Positions 1-12,822 of a stretch of DNA of 64,000 bases are shown here, one piece after another. The translations under genes and the position numbers were made by a program. The DNA is from Malacoraja senta (Eukaryota), in the NCBI GenBank assembly GCA_038087875.1, contig CM075992.1, positions 498,001-562,000 on the forward strand. The letters run 5' to 3'. Every line of letters begins with the position of its first letter. Positions within the stretch are counted from its first letter, which is position 1. The notes beneath the pieces are model-generated. The model made no database searches. It was not told the origin of the DNA and saw nothing but the letters and a program-made list of their open reading frames with translations.

Positions 1-2704
1 GGCAGAAGCCAAAGAGAAATCGAGAAGCCAGGAGTCAGTGGAGGGGTCGACACCACAAGGTCACTTTTGAGAGCAACTCATCGAATGCAGAGCGGAAGCC
101 ATGGCAAGTCCTTAGTACAGCTGTGTGCCTCGTACAACTTGCACTGCTCACCTGACGGTTGGCATTAAGCACAGGTTGTCGAACTGAGAATAATTATTGT
201 GCAACGGACAATCCTATTACCTCGAGTTCAACAGGGCGTGATATTGAATTGATTTTGTTGATCCTGCTCTTTTGTGGGCTAGGATCAGATGGAAGGACTT
301 GGGAGGCAGTCGGAACATTACGAAAAGCACGGTGGCTGCGGGAAAAGGAGCTGTTCTCAGAGCTGGCATCGACTCAATGGGCCGAATGGCGGCACCCTAT
401 GTTGGAAAGAAAGAACAAGTTAATATAACATTTGCTATAACAGTTTGCAATTGGGATTTTTATTTTCCTTTATGTTCCCATCAGCACATCAAGATAATTT
501 CTTGCACCAGTTCTTAATATAAAGATATTTTGCAGATCCAGGAAACTCAATGCCAAATGCATGGCTTTGTATTAATTATCCTGGGCAAGTAAGTCATGTG
601 TGTGTTGTGGACAGCACTCGCGTGGTGCCTGTGGTGGGGCTATATCACTCGAGCTGACATTCTTACTCTACATGCCTATTAATGCATAAAAGCAAGATAA
701 ATATATAATGTACAATAATTTATTTTTTTATATAGTATTCTCTGCCTCAGAGGGCGGTGGAGGCCGGTTCTCTGGATACTTTCAAGAGAGAGCTAGATAG
801 GCTCTTAAAGATAGCGGAGTTAGGGGATATGGGGAGAAGGCAGGAACGGGGTACTGATTGGGGATGATCAGCCATGATCACATTGAATGGCGGTGCTGGC
901 TCGAAGGGCCGAATGGCTTACTCCTATTGTCTATTGCCTAAGCGACTTTGAGTCCTGAAAAGCGCTATATAAATAAAATCTATTATTATTATTATTAATA
1001 CATCAATAACAATAATACTAGGTAATAATAGTGCTAAACCCAAGTCTATAGTGCAACCAAAGACACTGTCCATAGAAGATCATAGTTGCTGAGGTTAGTG
1101 TTGTGTAGTGTTCAAGAGCCTAATGATTGTTGGGAAGAAGCTGTTCTTGAACCAGGAATGAGTAGGTTAACCTACGATGGTTTTGAAGCAATAACATTAT
1201 TGGGACATAAAAATGTAATTTGTGTCACAAGAGCAGTTTGAGTCTGAAGCAGGGTCTCGACCCGAAACGTCACCCATTCCTTCTCTCCAGAGATGCTGCC
1301 TGTCCCGCTGAGTTACTCCAGCATTTCGTGTCTATCTGCCCCTTATGGCAGCAACAGAAGCAGCTGAACGCCAGCGGGTGAAGCAAGGATGTCAGCTGTC
1401 AACGTTAAAGTAGCATCTGACCAATTCAGGCAGCAAGCAGTCTTGGTAGACTGGGGCAGAGGGGAAGGCATTTGAATGACTGGTGTCAGACTTTGTACAG
1501 TGGATGATGACTGACTGGTGGAGGTTGGTCTGGGTCCCAGCACACTGCTGCCCTTCCTCAGGATAGTCTGGACATAGCCATCTTCAGCTGTTTCATCAAC
1601 AACCTTCCTTTCTCCATAGAGTCAGAAGTAGTTACGTTGGCTTATGATATGATTCACCATTCCTCAGCAAATAAACCACTCTGTGCCTGCGTGCAGCAAG
1701 ACCCAGGCAACATTCTGGCTTGGACTGATTCACGTCACAAACGTGCCAGGCAGTAACCATCTCTAACAAGAGAGCATCTAATTACCTATCCCTGGCATGT
1801 TCATTGTCATACTGAGACACAAGGAACTGCAGATGCTGAACTCTTGAGCAGAACACAAAGTGCTGGAGAGACTCGGCATCAGGTGCTGTTTCAGGTCAGG
1901 ACCCTTCTTCATTGCCAGTTTCCTGACTGACAATATCCACATAGTCTCCACTGCCTGGGGCCACGTGTACACTATGACTAACAGAGGCAAAACATGCCAT
2001 GGTTTAGAGATACATCTGAGTTTTGAAAGCAGGGAGGGGAAGCGAAATACAGGGAGGATTCTGCAATTTGTGGTATGTAGGACGTCGGCAACCACTGACC
2101 CAATTATTCTTCTAAAAATAATGTTCTTATACCTATGATCTCACCAATTGTATGTCAGAACACGTGGGTGAGATCGGGCTTAATGCCGTAACTAAGTACA
2201 GCCTCTCTGACCCCTGAACTGTGAAGAGAAGCTGGAGGATTACATGAGTGAGGCCACGTGCAGCCCACCCGTAAAGACGCCTGTGTACCCTGTATGGAAA
2301 CTGATCCACCGCGCTAATGTTAGATCTCAAAGTGAACTTGTCTAAAAGCTGACGGTAGACAAAAATGCTGGAGAAACTCAGCGGGTGAGGCAGCATCTAT
2401 GGAGCGAAGGAATAGGTGACGTTTTGGGTCGAGACCCTTCTTCAGACTGCTACAAGCCGTTTCTGATGATATTTTCCATTGCTTGGACCACTCTTGGTCT
2501 GAATCCTTCCACATGCCTGTGATGGACAGTTCTAATGAAATAACATCAGCCAGAGAGTTTGTGTTGTCTTGATCATAATAAGGGCTCACTACTGGCACCA
2601 TTCATCTCAATCTATTTTCCTTTCCTCCTTGTGTCCTCTATATTCCTTCTAGAATATGCAAGCTAAAATTGTGTTCAGTATTCCGTGTCCATTACGTATC
2701 TGAA

Positions 2705-2815
2705 AGAGTTAATCAGGCGCTTATCAAATGTGCGTCAGAGTTAAGCTTCTTGTCTGGTTAATCTCATTGGGTGTTTACCAAGAATTCCTCGGGCTTCTTG
2801 TGTGGATATAAGCTA
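2705..2815 (+). promoter_or_regulatory. Putative PCP2 proximal promoter: cluster of K50 homeodomain-type sites plus TATA-like element
   Basis: TTAATCA 2709-2715, TTAAGCT 2741-2747, TTAATCT 2758-2764, TATAAG ~2807; ~280 bp upstream of ATG 3087. Confidence 0.4.
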
Positions 2816-3086
2816 TGGGCTGAACTGAAGGGACTGTAAGGTTTGGAACCTTGCACAGTGACCTGTGGGTTGAGCTGAGAATGCAGGTTGAGGGATCTGC
2901 CCACATCCACATGTGTTCCTGATCCAAGGGCTCGGGTGGAGTGGGCTGTACCGGGTCATCAGGTTCCTTGAAACACCATGATGGAGATCTACTGAGCGGA
3001 GGAGAATCGGTGAGGATTTTCAACGCAAACTCCGGACGCTCCTGAGAAACCACCGACAGTGAGCAGTGGACAGTTGTTTCCCAGCA

Positions 3087-3203
3087 ATGAGCAACAAGGA
3101 AACCGACGAAGATGTCAATAGCCTGGGCAGTGTTGTGTCTGATGAGGAGCAATTGGTTGAGGAACTACCAAGTGCTATAGATGATGACTGCAGATCAAAC
3201 GCG
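3087..3203 (+). CDS. PCP2: PCP2 putative coding exon 1 (MSNKETDEDVNSLGSVVSDEEQLVEELPSAIDDDCRSNA)
   Basis: ATG at 3087, acidic ORF, consensus donor GCG|GTAAGT at 3204; phase 0 matches the phase-0 acceptor at 6679. Confidence 0.65.
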
Positions 3204-6200
3204 GTAAGTATTGCAGTCAACAAACTTTCTTTATTCACTGTCGCGGAACTTGTGTGATTTATGTATAACTTGTGTATAATTTGTCTTAGTCTGTGTGCCT
3301 GTGATGCTGCTGGAAGCAAGGTTTGCATTGGACCTATAACTCACCATACTTGTGCAATTGCAAATAAACTCAACTTGACTTGAAGTCCATTGTGAGTCTA
3401 CTGGGGCAGGTGGATACTAAAGTGTGCTTCAGTCCATCGCTGTCCTCACCATTCTTGCACAGATGATGACCAACACCACTTGTCCTATCCTCTTCCTTTG
3501 TTTCTCACTGATATCTACCTCAGTGGGCTGATTTATCCCACGTTTGGACCGAGTTTTGCATGGTCACCAACACTCCTGTCTCTGGGCTATCTGCCTTTCC
3601 TTTCAGCCTGTCCCTGATTCTCTGTTCTCCATCTGTTCATCCTCCCAGAGTACTCAGTGTCCATCCTCCATTGGACCACCCCTGGGTTCTTCAACTTTCC
3701 TAGTTAACAACCTTTCCAAATTACCACTGCTAATAGGGAGGGCGGTCAGGGTGGCGCAGCGGTAGAGTTGCTGCCTTACAGCGAATGCAGTGCCGGAGAC
3801 CCGGGATCGATCCTGACTGTGGCTGCTGTCTGTACAGAGTTTGTACGTTCTCCCCGTGACCTGCTTGGGTTAGAGAGATAATGGAACAACAGAGAGAAAG
3901 ATGCAAAAAAGTAACGATGATAAAGGAAGCAGGCCATTGTTAGCTGTTTGCTAGGTGTGAATGGGAACCTGGTGTGACTTGGGTGGGGGAGGGATGGAGA
4001 GAGAGGGAATGCAGGGGTTACTGGAAGTTAGAGAAATCAATAGTCGTACCACTGGGTTGTAAGCTGGCCAAGCGAAATATGAGATGCTGTTCCTCCAATT
4101 TGCGATTAGCCTCACTCTGACAACGGAGGAGACCTAGGACAGAAAGATCCACCTGTCACTTGCCAGGCTTTGTGCTGCCCCCACTTCTCTTTTCCAGCTC
4201 CCCCCCCCCACTCCCATCAGTCTGAAGAAGGGTCCCTACCTGAAACGTTGCCTGTCCATTTGCTCTGCGGATGCTGCCAATACTACCCCTCACTTGTCTA
4301 TCGATCCTGCAACTGAACTGTGAGTTTGCAAAGTTGATCCTGCACTTGAGTCAAAGCTGTGACTCATTGCAGTAAAAGACTTGGGGAAAATCTCAAGTTG
4401 TTAAAATGCTTAAAGTAAGCTCCACTCCAGTTGACTTTCCCACAACATGCTCACCTTCCTGTGTGTGTTTTTCATTAATATCTGTGATCCTCATCGTCAA
4501 AGTGACAGTAATGTGTGGTAATATCTCTACTAAGTCGATACAGGTCTTTTGTGGGGTCACAAGGCATTTGGTAAATGTATGAATGCGAAACAGATTCTCT
4601 GCCGTGTTAGGTTGTACAGTGACCTCATTGTATAGGATTTGTTTTAATCAAGATTAATACAGCTCACAAAATGTAATCGCTCTGTGTGTTTCAGTGGGAG
4701 ATATTGTTTTGCACCACCTTTTGCGGTTAGATTCACTGCCTATCGCATCCCGATAATAACTGTTACATTCAGCCTACTTCTGTATGTTTCATTTATAGTT
4801 TAAAAACTGCAGAAGCTGGAAATGTGAACAATGAAAATCTGTAAACATGCAGGAATCAGACCAGTCTGTCTCTCTCACCACATAGGCAGGCTGAGCTGCT
4901 GAGTTTTCCCTGAGTTTTTATTTTTGTTGGTGTCCTTTGCATTCAATAATTCTGCCAGCGCACTTTCCAGCTCGCTTTCACTTCCATCGGACTGACCAGA
5001 CATTATGGCTCATGATGTGAGGAGCTGAAGAATCGCGAGCAAAAAACAAAAAAGAGCTGGAGGAACTCTGCGGGTCAGGCAGCATTTACGGAGGGAATGG
5101 ACAGATGACGTTCCATGTTGGGGCCCCTCTTCAGACTGATTGAAGTGTATCTGTGTATTGGGGGGGAGACCAAAATGATTAGGGAATGTCGGGTTTAGCA
5201 TGGACGGGTGTATCTGCCAGTAAATCCAAGACTCTTGATAATCGGTTTAGTTTATTGTCACGTGTAGCGAGGTACAGTGAAAAGCTATTGTGTGCTAACC
5301 AGTCAGTGGTAAGACAATACACTGTAAATGGCTCGATTGTTATCATGTATGTGATAAGGGAATAGTGTTTAGTGCAAGGTAAAGCCGGTAAAGTCTGATC
5401 AAGGATAGTCCAAGGGTCACCAACGAGGTAGATAGTGGTTCAGGACCGATCTCTAGTTGCGGTAGAATGATTCAGTTTCCTGATAACAGCTGAGAAGAAA
5501 CTGTCCCTGAATCACAACTGTCTCAAAATGCATCGCAAAATAAATGGTACAAGAAGACCGAATGGGAGAGGAAGGACGACAAAAGACAGCTTGTATTTTT
5601 AGACTCGATCATGAACAATCCTCAGGGGCTCAAGAAGAATTACGTGTTGTTATGTAAAGGGTAGAACATCGGGAGGGAATCCGATCGAGTCGGCACGGAG
5701 TTAATTCAATGACACACAATGTCAGAGGGGTCAGGGTGACGTGGACAGTGATCAGAGTGGCGACATCTCACGAGGCAAGGAGGAAGAATCACTACTGGAT
5801 GCGAGGGAAGATGAACGAGGAAATGGACTGAGAATTGGCCAAAGACTAGACGAAGAGGAGAAGATGGAATGAATAAAGACTTTATGACAATTCACAGTGA
5901 AATTCCTTGCTTCCATACCCAATGTATGCAAATAGACGCCACATAAAGGGTGCTGACTCAGTTAAAATGATCCATCTCCCCTCCTCACGGTGGCCCCCTC
6001 AGGCCGGGTCCTCCTTTGAGAGAGGTGATGTTTGCAATGTGTTGCAAAGAACACGGTAGAATGACGGACAGAGCAGGCCAGGGGTGACAGAGTACTGAGG
6101 GTGGAAGTCTAGTGCATCATGCTAACAGTGTTCATATTGAAATGTATCATGTGTTACTATGAATCAGAAAGGTCCCCGACATCGGGTCCGGACACTTCTT

Positions 6201-9200
6201 CAGACTCAAAGACCGAAGATTTTTGAGTGTCTGAGTAAGGGTCCCCACCCAAACGTCACCTATCTTTTTTCTCCAGAGTTGCTACCTGACCCGCTGAATT
6301 ACTCCAACACTTTGTGAATATCTTTGTTGTCCAGAGCGGCTGTCAAACTTGTGGTGGGAGCGGATGAGAAGGTTCGATTCCCGTGCTTTTATTTTCAGGA
6401 GTGTTTTATCGTCAAATGTCCTAGATAGAACAATTAAATTCTTACTTGCAACAGCACAACAGAATGTGTAAACATAGTACATATTCAACAGGTACATGGA
6501 TAGGACAGGTTTGGAGGGATATGGGCCAAACTCAGAAAGGTGGGATTAATGTAGCTGGGGCACGTTGTATATCACTCTATGACTAAGTAAGAATTTCATT
6601 GTTCTATCTGTGACATAAGACATTTGTCAGTCCCAGATCCAAGCGATTCATCTTTGGCTTCTGTTCTCCCCACCGCAGGAAAATGAAACAGAAAATGAAG
6701 GATTCTTCAACATGCTGAGTCACGTCCAGAGGAACCGCATGGATGACCAGAGGTGCGACCTCCGTGAGAGCGGGACACCCTCCCATAGATCAACGCTGAT
6801 TGAGGCCTGTGGTGAGTACGGCATAGGTATTGTAGCTACAGGGCGGGCAGGCCACTCCCAGCAACATGGAGACACACGGAACAAAGGCATGTGGGTGGGG
6901 GGGACCATCGTGTGGGAGCTGCGTAGAGGACAATGGACAATAGGGGGGGGTGGGGATAAAGGACAATGGTGACCAGGCGTGGGGGAACCGCTGGGGGGGG
7001 GGGGACAAAAAGTGGAGCCGGCATGCTTTGTAACTTGGTCAGCACCCTAGGTGGCTGTTATTTGTATACATCGCGTATACAAGCAAAGAATCTCACTCCG
7101 CCTTGTCACATGTGACAATATTCCATTCCATTCCACCCTGAGCAAAACACAAAGTGCCAGCAGAACTCGGTAGGTCAGGCAGACGGAATGGGTAGGCAAA
7201 GTTTCAGATCCAGTCTAAAGAAGGGTCCTGACCCAAACCCTCGTCTGTCCACTCCCTCCACAGATGCTGACTGACCCGCTGAGTTCTTCCAGCAATTTGC
7301 ATTCCAATGTCTGAATAAGGGTCTCGACCTGAAACGTCACCTATTCCTTCTCACCAGAGATGCTGCCTGTCCCGCCGAGTTACTCCAGCATGCTGTGCCT
7401 ATCTTCGGTGTAAACCAGCATCTGCAGTTCCTTCCCTCACAATGTCACACGTACAAAACACAGTTATTTTTCAAGTTGCCAAATTTGGCGGCGTTTCCAA
7501 AGTCCGGTCGACACACTGGGTCTTATGGGGTGTGTCGGAATATGCGCCTTGCTACATTTAGTCCCCTATTGACAAAAACAGCAGCAGCTCATGATGCCAA
7601 GGTACGGAGCAGTAGAGTCACAGAGAAAGATTACTTGCAAATTACTCCTTTCAAAATGAATGAATGAATGAATACTTTATTGTCATTATAACATGTAAAC
7701 ATGTACAACGAAATTAGAAATGCCAATCAGTCAGTGCACACATTTTCTTAGAGCAAAAGTCTAAGATAAACAACTAAAATAAATAACATGAAAAAAAAAA
7801 CACATTCTTCTGTCGATTTCCCAGTCCCTTTGGTGTGTAGCACACCTGTACTCATTTGGTGGCTACATTAAGTGTATTTATTGCTGTGGGATAAAAACTG
7901 TTTTTGAGTCTGTTTGTCCTTAAGTGTCCTTAAGTGTCCTAAAAGTAAGTGTTCTTGAGTTTTCTCAAGGGTCAGAGCAACCTGCTCCTTTTTAAAATTC
8001 GTACCATAAGACATTGGAGCAGAATTAGGCCGTTTGGCCCATCGTGTGTACTCCGCCATTCTATCTTGGCTTGCGTGCTGATGTTCAGATGACTCCGTTG
8101 TTATTGGCATTGACCGTGTGAATAAATCCGCTCTTCACCTTCTCTGAAGCAGATAGCAGCTCAGACCGGCCCATCAATGAACTCCTGGACATGCTGGCCG
8201 ACAAGCAAGGGCAGCGGCTGGACGATCAGCGAGTGACCTGTGACAACCTACCCGGTCTGCAGCTGTCCACCTGCTGCCTCCCGTCCACGGACGAAGGTGA
8301 GCAGCTCTCCGCACTACCTCACTCATAAGGGATAGGAGCAGAATTAGGCCATTCGGCCCATTAAGTCTACTCCGCCATTCAATCATGGCTGATCTATGCC
8401 TCATAACCCCATTCTTTTGCCTTCTCCCCATAACCCCTGATGCCCCGTACTAATCCAGAATCTATCCATCACTCTTAAAAATATCCACTCCTCTTCTCTC
8501 AGCTTGGATGAATGATCCCTCTGAACTGTCCTCTTTTTCTTCCTTCACAGCTGCTGCATGACTTGGCTACTTTTTCCAACACTTTTCCTTTGTTAAAATA
8601 TTATATTGACTCATTATAATATTTAGTTTTCCTTATCATAGTCATACAACGCGGAAACAGGCCCTTTGGCCCAACTTGCCCACACCGGCCAACATGCCCC
8701 ATCTACACTAGTCCCACCTGCCCACGTTTGATCCATATCCATGCCAACCTGTCCTATCCATGTACCTGTATAACTGTTTCTTAAACATTGGGGTAGTCCC
8801 TGCCTCACCTCCTCTGGCAACTCGTTCCATACACGCACCACCCTCTGTGAGAAAAATTGTTACTCCTTCAGATTCCTATGAAATCTTTTCCCCTTCACCT
8901 TGAACCTGTGTCCTCAGGTCCTCGATTCCCCTACTCTGGGCAAGAGACTGCATCTGCCCGATCATGATTTTATACACCTCTATAAGATCACCCCACATCC
9001 TCTTATTATAACTCTTGCCTTACCAGACAGGTCCCACCTTACCATCAATACCATATTACTCAGACCCAGAAACTTCATGCGTTGCTGCCATTAAACCATT
9101 TTCAAAACATCCTATCGCAGCCATTCCCACGCTGTATCTTTAACTAAACTCCATTGCTCTGCACACCCCCCAACCTTCCCTCTGACAGCAAATTGAATTG

Positions 9201-10443
9201 CATTTCTCTTTTCCAATTCACAGACTCAGAACATCGACCGTTTCACTTTCCACAGATTCTGCCTGGCCTGCTGACTTTTTCCAGCAGTTTCTATTCTTAT
9301 TTCATCTTTCCAGACTTTGCGGGGTTTTCGTTTTGATATTCAATGTGGTGATTAATTGTCAAACCTATCAATTCCTTCTCTGTCCTTCTGTACATGTGAC
9401 AAAATATACATTGTTCGGGTTGATCACTGCACCCAATTCCTGTCAAAAAATGGTTTGAAGCAAGATTCCTAAAGTAGACAACAGGCACAGAACAGCCATT
9501 CAGCCTCTTGTGCCTGTACTATCTCACAATTGAGCTATTGGAAGAGAAGCCAGTGATCCAGAGGCAACTGGAAATCTAAAACTCTTTAAAATTAATTGTC
9601 CAGTTGTTGACGACTATGAAATACATCACCAGTTCTTTATCATCATAGTGGCACAGCTGGTAGTGCTACTGCCTCACAAACCCGGAGACCTGGGTTCGAT
9701 TCTGACCTTGGGTGCTGTCTGTGTGGAGTTTGCTCATTCTCATTGTGACCAAGTGGGTTTCTCCGGGTGCTCCGGTTTTCTCCCACTTTCCAAAGACATG
9801 TGGGTTTTCAGCCTCTTTGAATTGCCCCTGGTGTAGGGAGTGGGATAATGTAGAATTAGTGCGAACGGGTGATCAATGGTCGTTGTGGATCCAGTGGGCG
9901 AATGTCATGTTTCCGTGCTGTATCTCTAAACTGAACTCAGCATGGGAACTGGGGCCCAGGTGAGTTGGAAAACAGCTGGTGAGGCTGGAGCAAGTCAGAA
10001 AGCAGGGCCCCAGTGAATCAAACGAGAGGACAGCAAACATTCGTGGGGAGCCAAAACATCCAGTTATCTAAATGTTTGGAAAGTGGAAACAGGACCGTGG
10101 TCTCTGGGGGATGGGCAGTTGCCATCACCTCTAGCCTGGCTGTCGATGGCTCAAACGTCTCTCTCACTTGATGACAAACCAGCCTCGAATCCATTCAAGC
10201 AGTGCTCCCAGGTTTAAAAGCCTCCTCCATAGTCAAATTTTGTTCACATTGAAATATTATCCACCCCCTCCCCAGCACCCAGCACCTCTTCAATACGCAC
10301 AAAAACATTTTAGTCTAGTTCGACAGTGCGCAACTTAGCTTGTGCTGTCCTGGACCAAATACACTCCGTTCCTGTTTATGTACCGTCTAACATCTGAAGC
10401 AATTATTTTAATTATTTTCGTTTTAGAGACTGAGATTGAATAG
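3087..10443 (+). CDS. PCP2: Purkinje cell protein 2 (two GoLoco motifs), multi-exon gene model: 3087-3203, 6679-6811, 8150-8296, probable last exon 10427-10443
   Basis: Exons 2 and 3 translate to EGFFNMLSHVQRNRMDDQRCDL and INELLDMLADKQGQRLDDQRVTCDNLPGLQ, matching the two GoLoco motifs of PCP2 as I recall them. Canonical AG/GT sites, consistent phases (0,1,1), and synteny with XAB2/CAMSAP3. First and last exons are inferred from splice signals and phase only. Confidence 0.85.
6679..6811 (+). CDS. PCP2: PCP2 exon, GoLoco motif 1
   Basis: Pyrimidine tract + CAG acceptor; ENETENEGFFNMLSHVQRNRMDDQRCDLRES...; donor G|GTGAGT. Confidence 0.9.
8150..8296 (+). CDS. PCP2: PCP2 exon, GoLoco motif 2
   Basis: ADSSSDRPINELLDMLADKQGQRLDDQRVTCDNLPGLQLSTCCLPSTDE; AAGCAG tandem acceptor; donor AAG|GTGAGC. 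Confidence 0.9.
10427..10443 (+). CDS. PCP2: PCP2 candidate terminal coding exon (ETEIE*)
   Basis: TTTTCGTTTTAG acceptor, phase 1 compatible, stop TAG; AATAAA at 10927-10932 followed by T-rich sequence. Inference only. Confidence 0.4.
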
Positions 10444-11834
10444 GGACGTCCCAGGACAGGATCAGGTTCCTGTTGGGCCTGAAGAATATCCAGATCTGAC
10501 TCACTGTCAAACAGTCAGAGGGAACACCACAGGACCATCGCTGCTTTTACAGTCTGAAGAAAGGTCTCGACCCGAAACGTCGCCCATTCCTTCTCTCCAG
10601 AGATGCTGCCTGTCCCGCTGAGTTACCCCAGCATTTTGTGGCTGCTTTTACATATTAACCTTTGTGAACGTGTCTTCATTGGAGACTAACCTTTCTGCTT
10701 TCTCTCGTGGCTCTGTGACTTGGATAAGTGAGTTGGACATTGGTTTTTGTAGCCCGATCTTCAATGTGAAACATCACCTTCCCAGCGCGTCCAAGTCTCC
10801 TTGAGAATTGCCTCAATGCTCTTAGAACCAGCATATCAGAATTCACTGTAAAACAAAATGCATCGCTTAGACCTTTCCATTTAAAATGGTACAAATATAT
10901 TAATACATGTGTTGATATTAAATATTAATAAATACAGTTAAATGTTAAAATACTTGATTTATTGATCTTTATTTGCACATTTTTCATCTGATAAATTAAT
11001 TTGGGCTCAGTTTCTGATGTTGAATAGATTGTTTAATTAACAGCTGTACTTCAGTTCTAAAGACCCCTCGGCTCCTTGAACATGAATGAATAAGTTTATT
11101 GGCCAAAAATGTACACATACAAGGAATTTGCCTTGGTGCTCCGCTCGCAAGTAACAACACAACATACAGTAAACCATTAAGAATAAAACATAAAATATTA
11201 AAACATTAAGAATAAACATTATAGTTTAAACATGTGAATGAAATCTTCTTCTTGCGTATGGCGTGCACAGCCTAAAGTTGCAGGACAACTTGTTCTAATT
11301 GATCTTATTTGATTGTGCACGCCAGGTTGATTGCATTGGTTGAAACAGGGCGGACCACGTGCAGGTTGCAATCTCCCACCCCTGTGAATGAAATAAAATA
11401 CCTGAACAAAAGGAGGCTAGACTTTTGGTTATTGAGTAGAGCTACTACTCGTGGAAAAAAATCTGTTTTATGTCTTACTGTGGCGGCTTTGTATCACTAT
11501 CACTCTATGATGCTCCTCAGCTTCTTCCCGCAGGTTATAAGACTGATAAACGGACTTTGTCCCCTGCCAAAGTATCGTGCACCAACCACCAACCTGGACA
11601 CACTGCAGCAGAGCCACTGTCGTGCTGCTGCCGATCGGAACGCCTGTTGATGTTTAGTAGAGTAGAGTGTTAATTTGTTCATGATATATGTATTTTTGCT
11701 TCTATTTATTTTTTACTGCACACTGAAATGGACACTGGTTGAGGAACGTTTTTTTGTTTCCTCTGGGTATGCGAATACTCAGGAAATGACAATAAAGATA
11801 TACAATACAATACAATGACACTATAACTGTACAC

Positions 11835-12050
11835 CAGGGGCTCCCAACCTTGTTCGTCCCGTTTATCCCTGGCAACTTTAATAGCACATAACTATGTTAT
11901 TTCACTTATTTATGAACAACTAATGATGAACAGATACTGGTTTACCAGAACCAAACACAGCCAGTCAATAAGAAGACACTAATACAAATCCAGGATCAAC
12001 AACTTTACCCCCTGGGTTGGTGTAAATTTACCCCAGGTTGGGAACCTTTG
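11835..12050. mobile_element. hAT (Charlie-type) MITE
   Basis: TIRs CAGGGGCTCCCAACCT / AGGTTGGGAACCTTTG; degenerate 8-bp TSD CTGTACAC/CTCCACAC. Confidence 0.7.
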
Positions 12051-12139
12051 CTCCACACAATATTAATAATTTTTGTTTGGAGACACAAACTAATAAACGC
12101 CACAAGATTCACACCAATGCCCATGTGTCCCCCCCCCCC

Positions 12140-12269
12140 CCAACACGTCTACGTCAATCAATCAGTGGGAGTGGGAGGAGGAACGGCATGATGTTCTAGA
12201 GAGTGACGTCGGCGTTGGCCAATGGGAGCGGTGCGGGGGCGGGACCGGGACCAACTGGGACGGGGTCAG
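12140..12269. promoter_or_regulatory. Upstream promoter block of XAB2 (CRE-like, CCAAT, GC box)
   Basis: ACGTCA ~12151, GTGACGTC 12203-12210, GGCCAATG ~12217, GGGGCGGG ~12236; CpG-rich. Confidence 0.5.
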
Positions 12270-12822
12270 AGGTACACAAAAATGCTGGAGTAACTCAGCA
12301 GGTGCACCAGCATCTATGGAGCAAAGGAAATAGTCAACGTTTCGGGCCGAAACCCTTCTTCAGACTGATGGGGGGTGGGGAGAAGAAAGGAAAAAAGGAA
12401 AAAGGCGGAGGAGGAGCCCGAGGGCTGGGGGAGGGGAGGAGACAACCAGAGGGCTGATGAAGGGGAGGGGACAGCAAGGGCTAGCAGAATTGGGAGAATT
12501 CAATGTTCATGCCCCCAGGATGTAGACTGCCCAAGCGGAATGTGAGGTGCATTTCCTCCAATTTACGGTGTTGCTCGCTGTGGCCCATGGAGGAGACCCA
12601 GGACAGAGAGGTCAGATACGGAATGGGAGGGGGAGTTGAAGCGCTGAGCCACCGGGAGGTCAGGTTGGTTATTGCGGACCGACCGGAGGTGTTGGGCGAG
12701 ACGATCGCCAAGCCTCCGCTTGGTCTCACCGATGTAGATCAGCTGGCATCTAGAGCAGCGGATGCAATAGATGAGGTTGGAGGAGATGCAGGTGAACCTC
12801 TGTCGCACCTGGAACGACTGCT
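12270..12822 (-). mobile_element. 5'-truncated Penelope-like retroelement (GIY-YIG endonuclease C-terminus + terminal repeat with hammerhead-like motif)
   Basis: FTCISSNLIYCIRCSRCQLIYIGETKRRLGDRLAQH...EEMHLTFRLGSLHPGGMNIEF (one frameshift); flanked by the 14-bp duplication TGGGACGGGGTCAG (12256-12269, 12823-12836). Confidence 0.9.

Noticed and set aside
1..430. Possible terminal exon of an upstream gene (e.g. AEAKEKSRSQESVEGSTPQGHF*)
   Set aside because: No recognisable homology and truncated by the window edge; cannot be supported.
3741..3820. tRNA genes at the GGTGGCGCAGCGGTAGAG...GGTTCGATCC motifs
   Set aside because: These are tRNA-derived SINE heads that continue into the SINE core and lack a proper acceptor stem.
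8551..8561. Alternative PCP2 terminal exon (AAA*) after a strong pyrimidine tract
   Set aside because: The sequence resembles a decayed copy of the Penelope-derived repeat (CACAG.TGCTGC.TGAC...TTCCA.CAC); the 10427 candidate has better poly(A) support.
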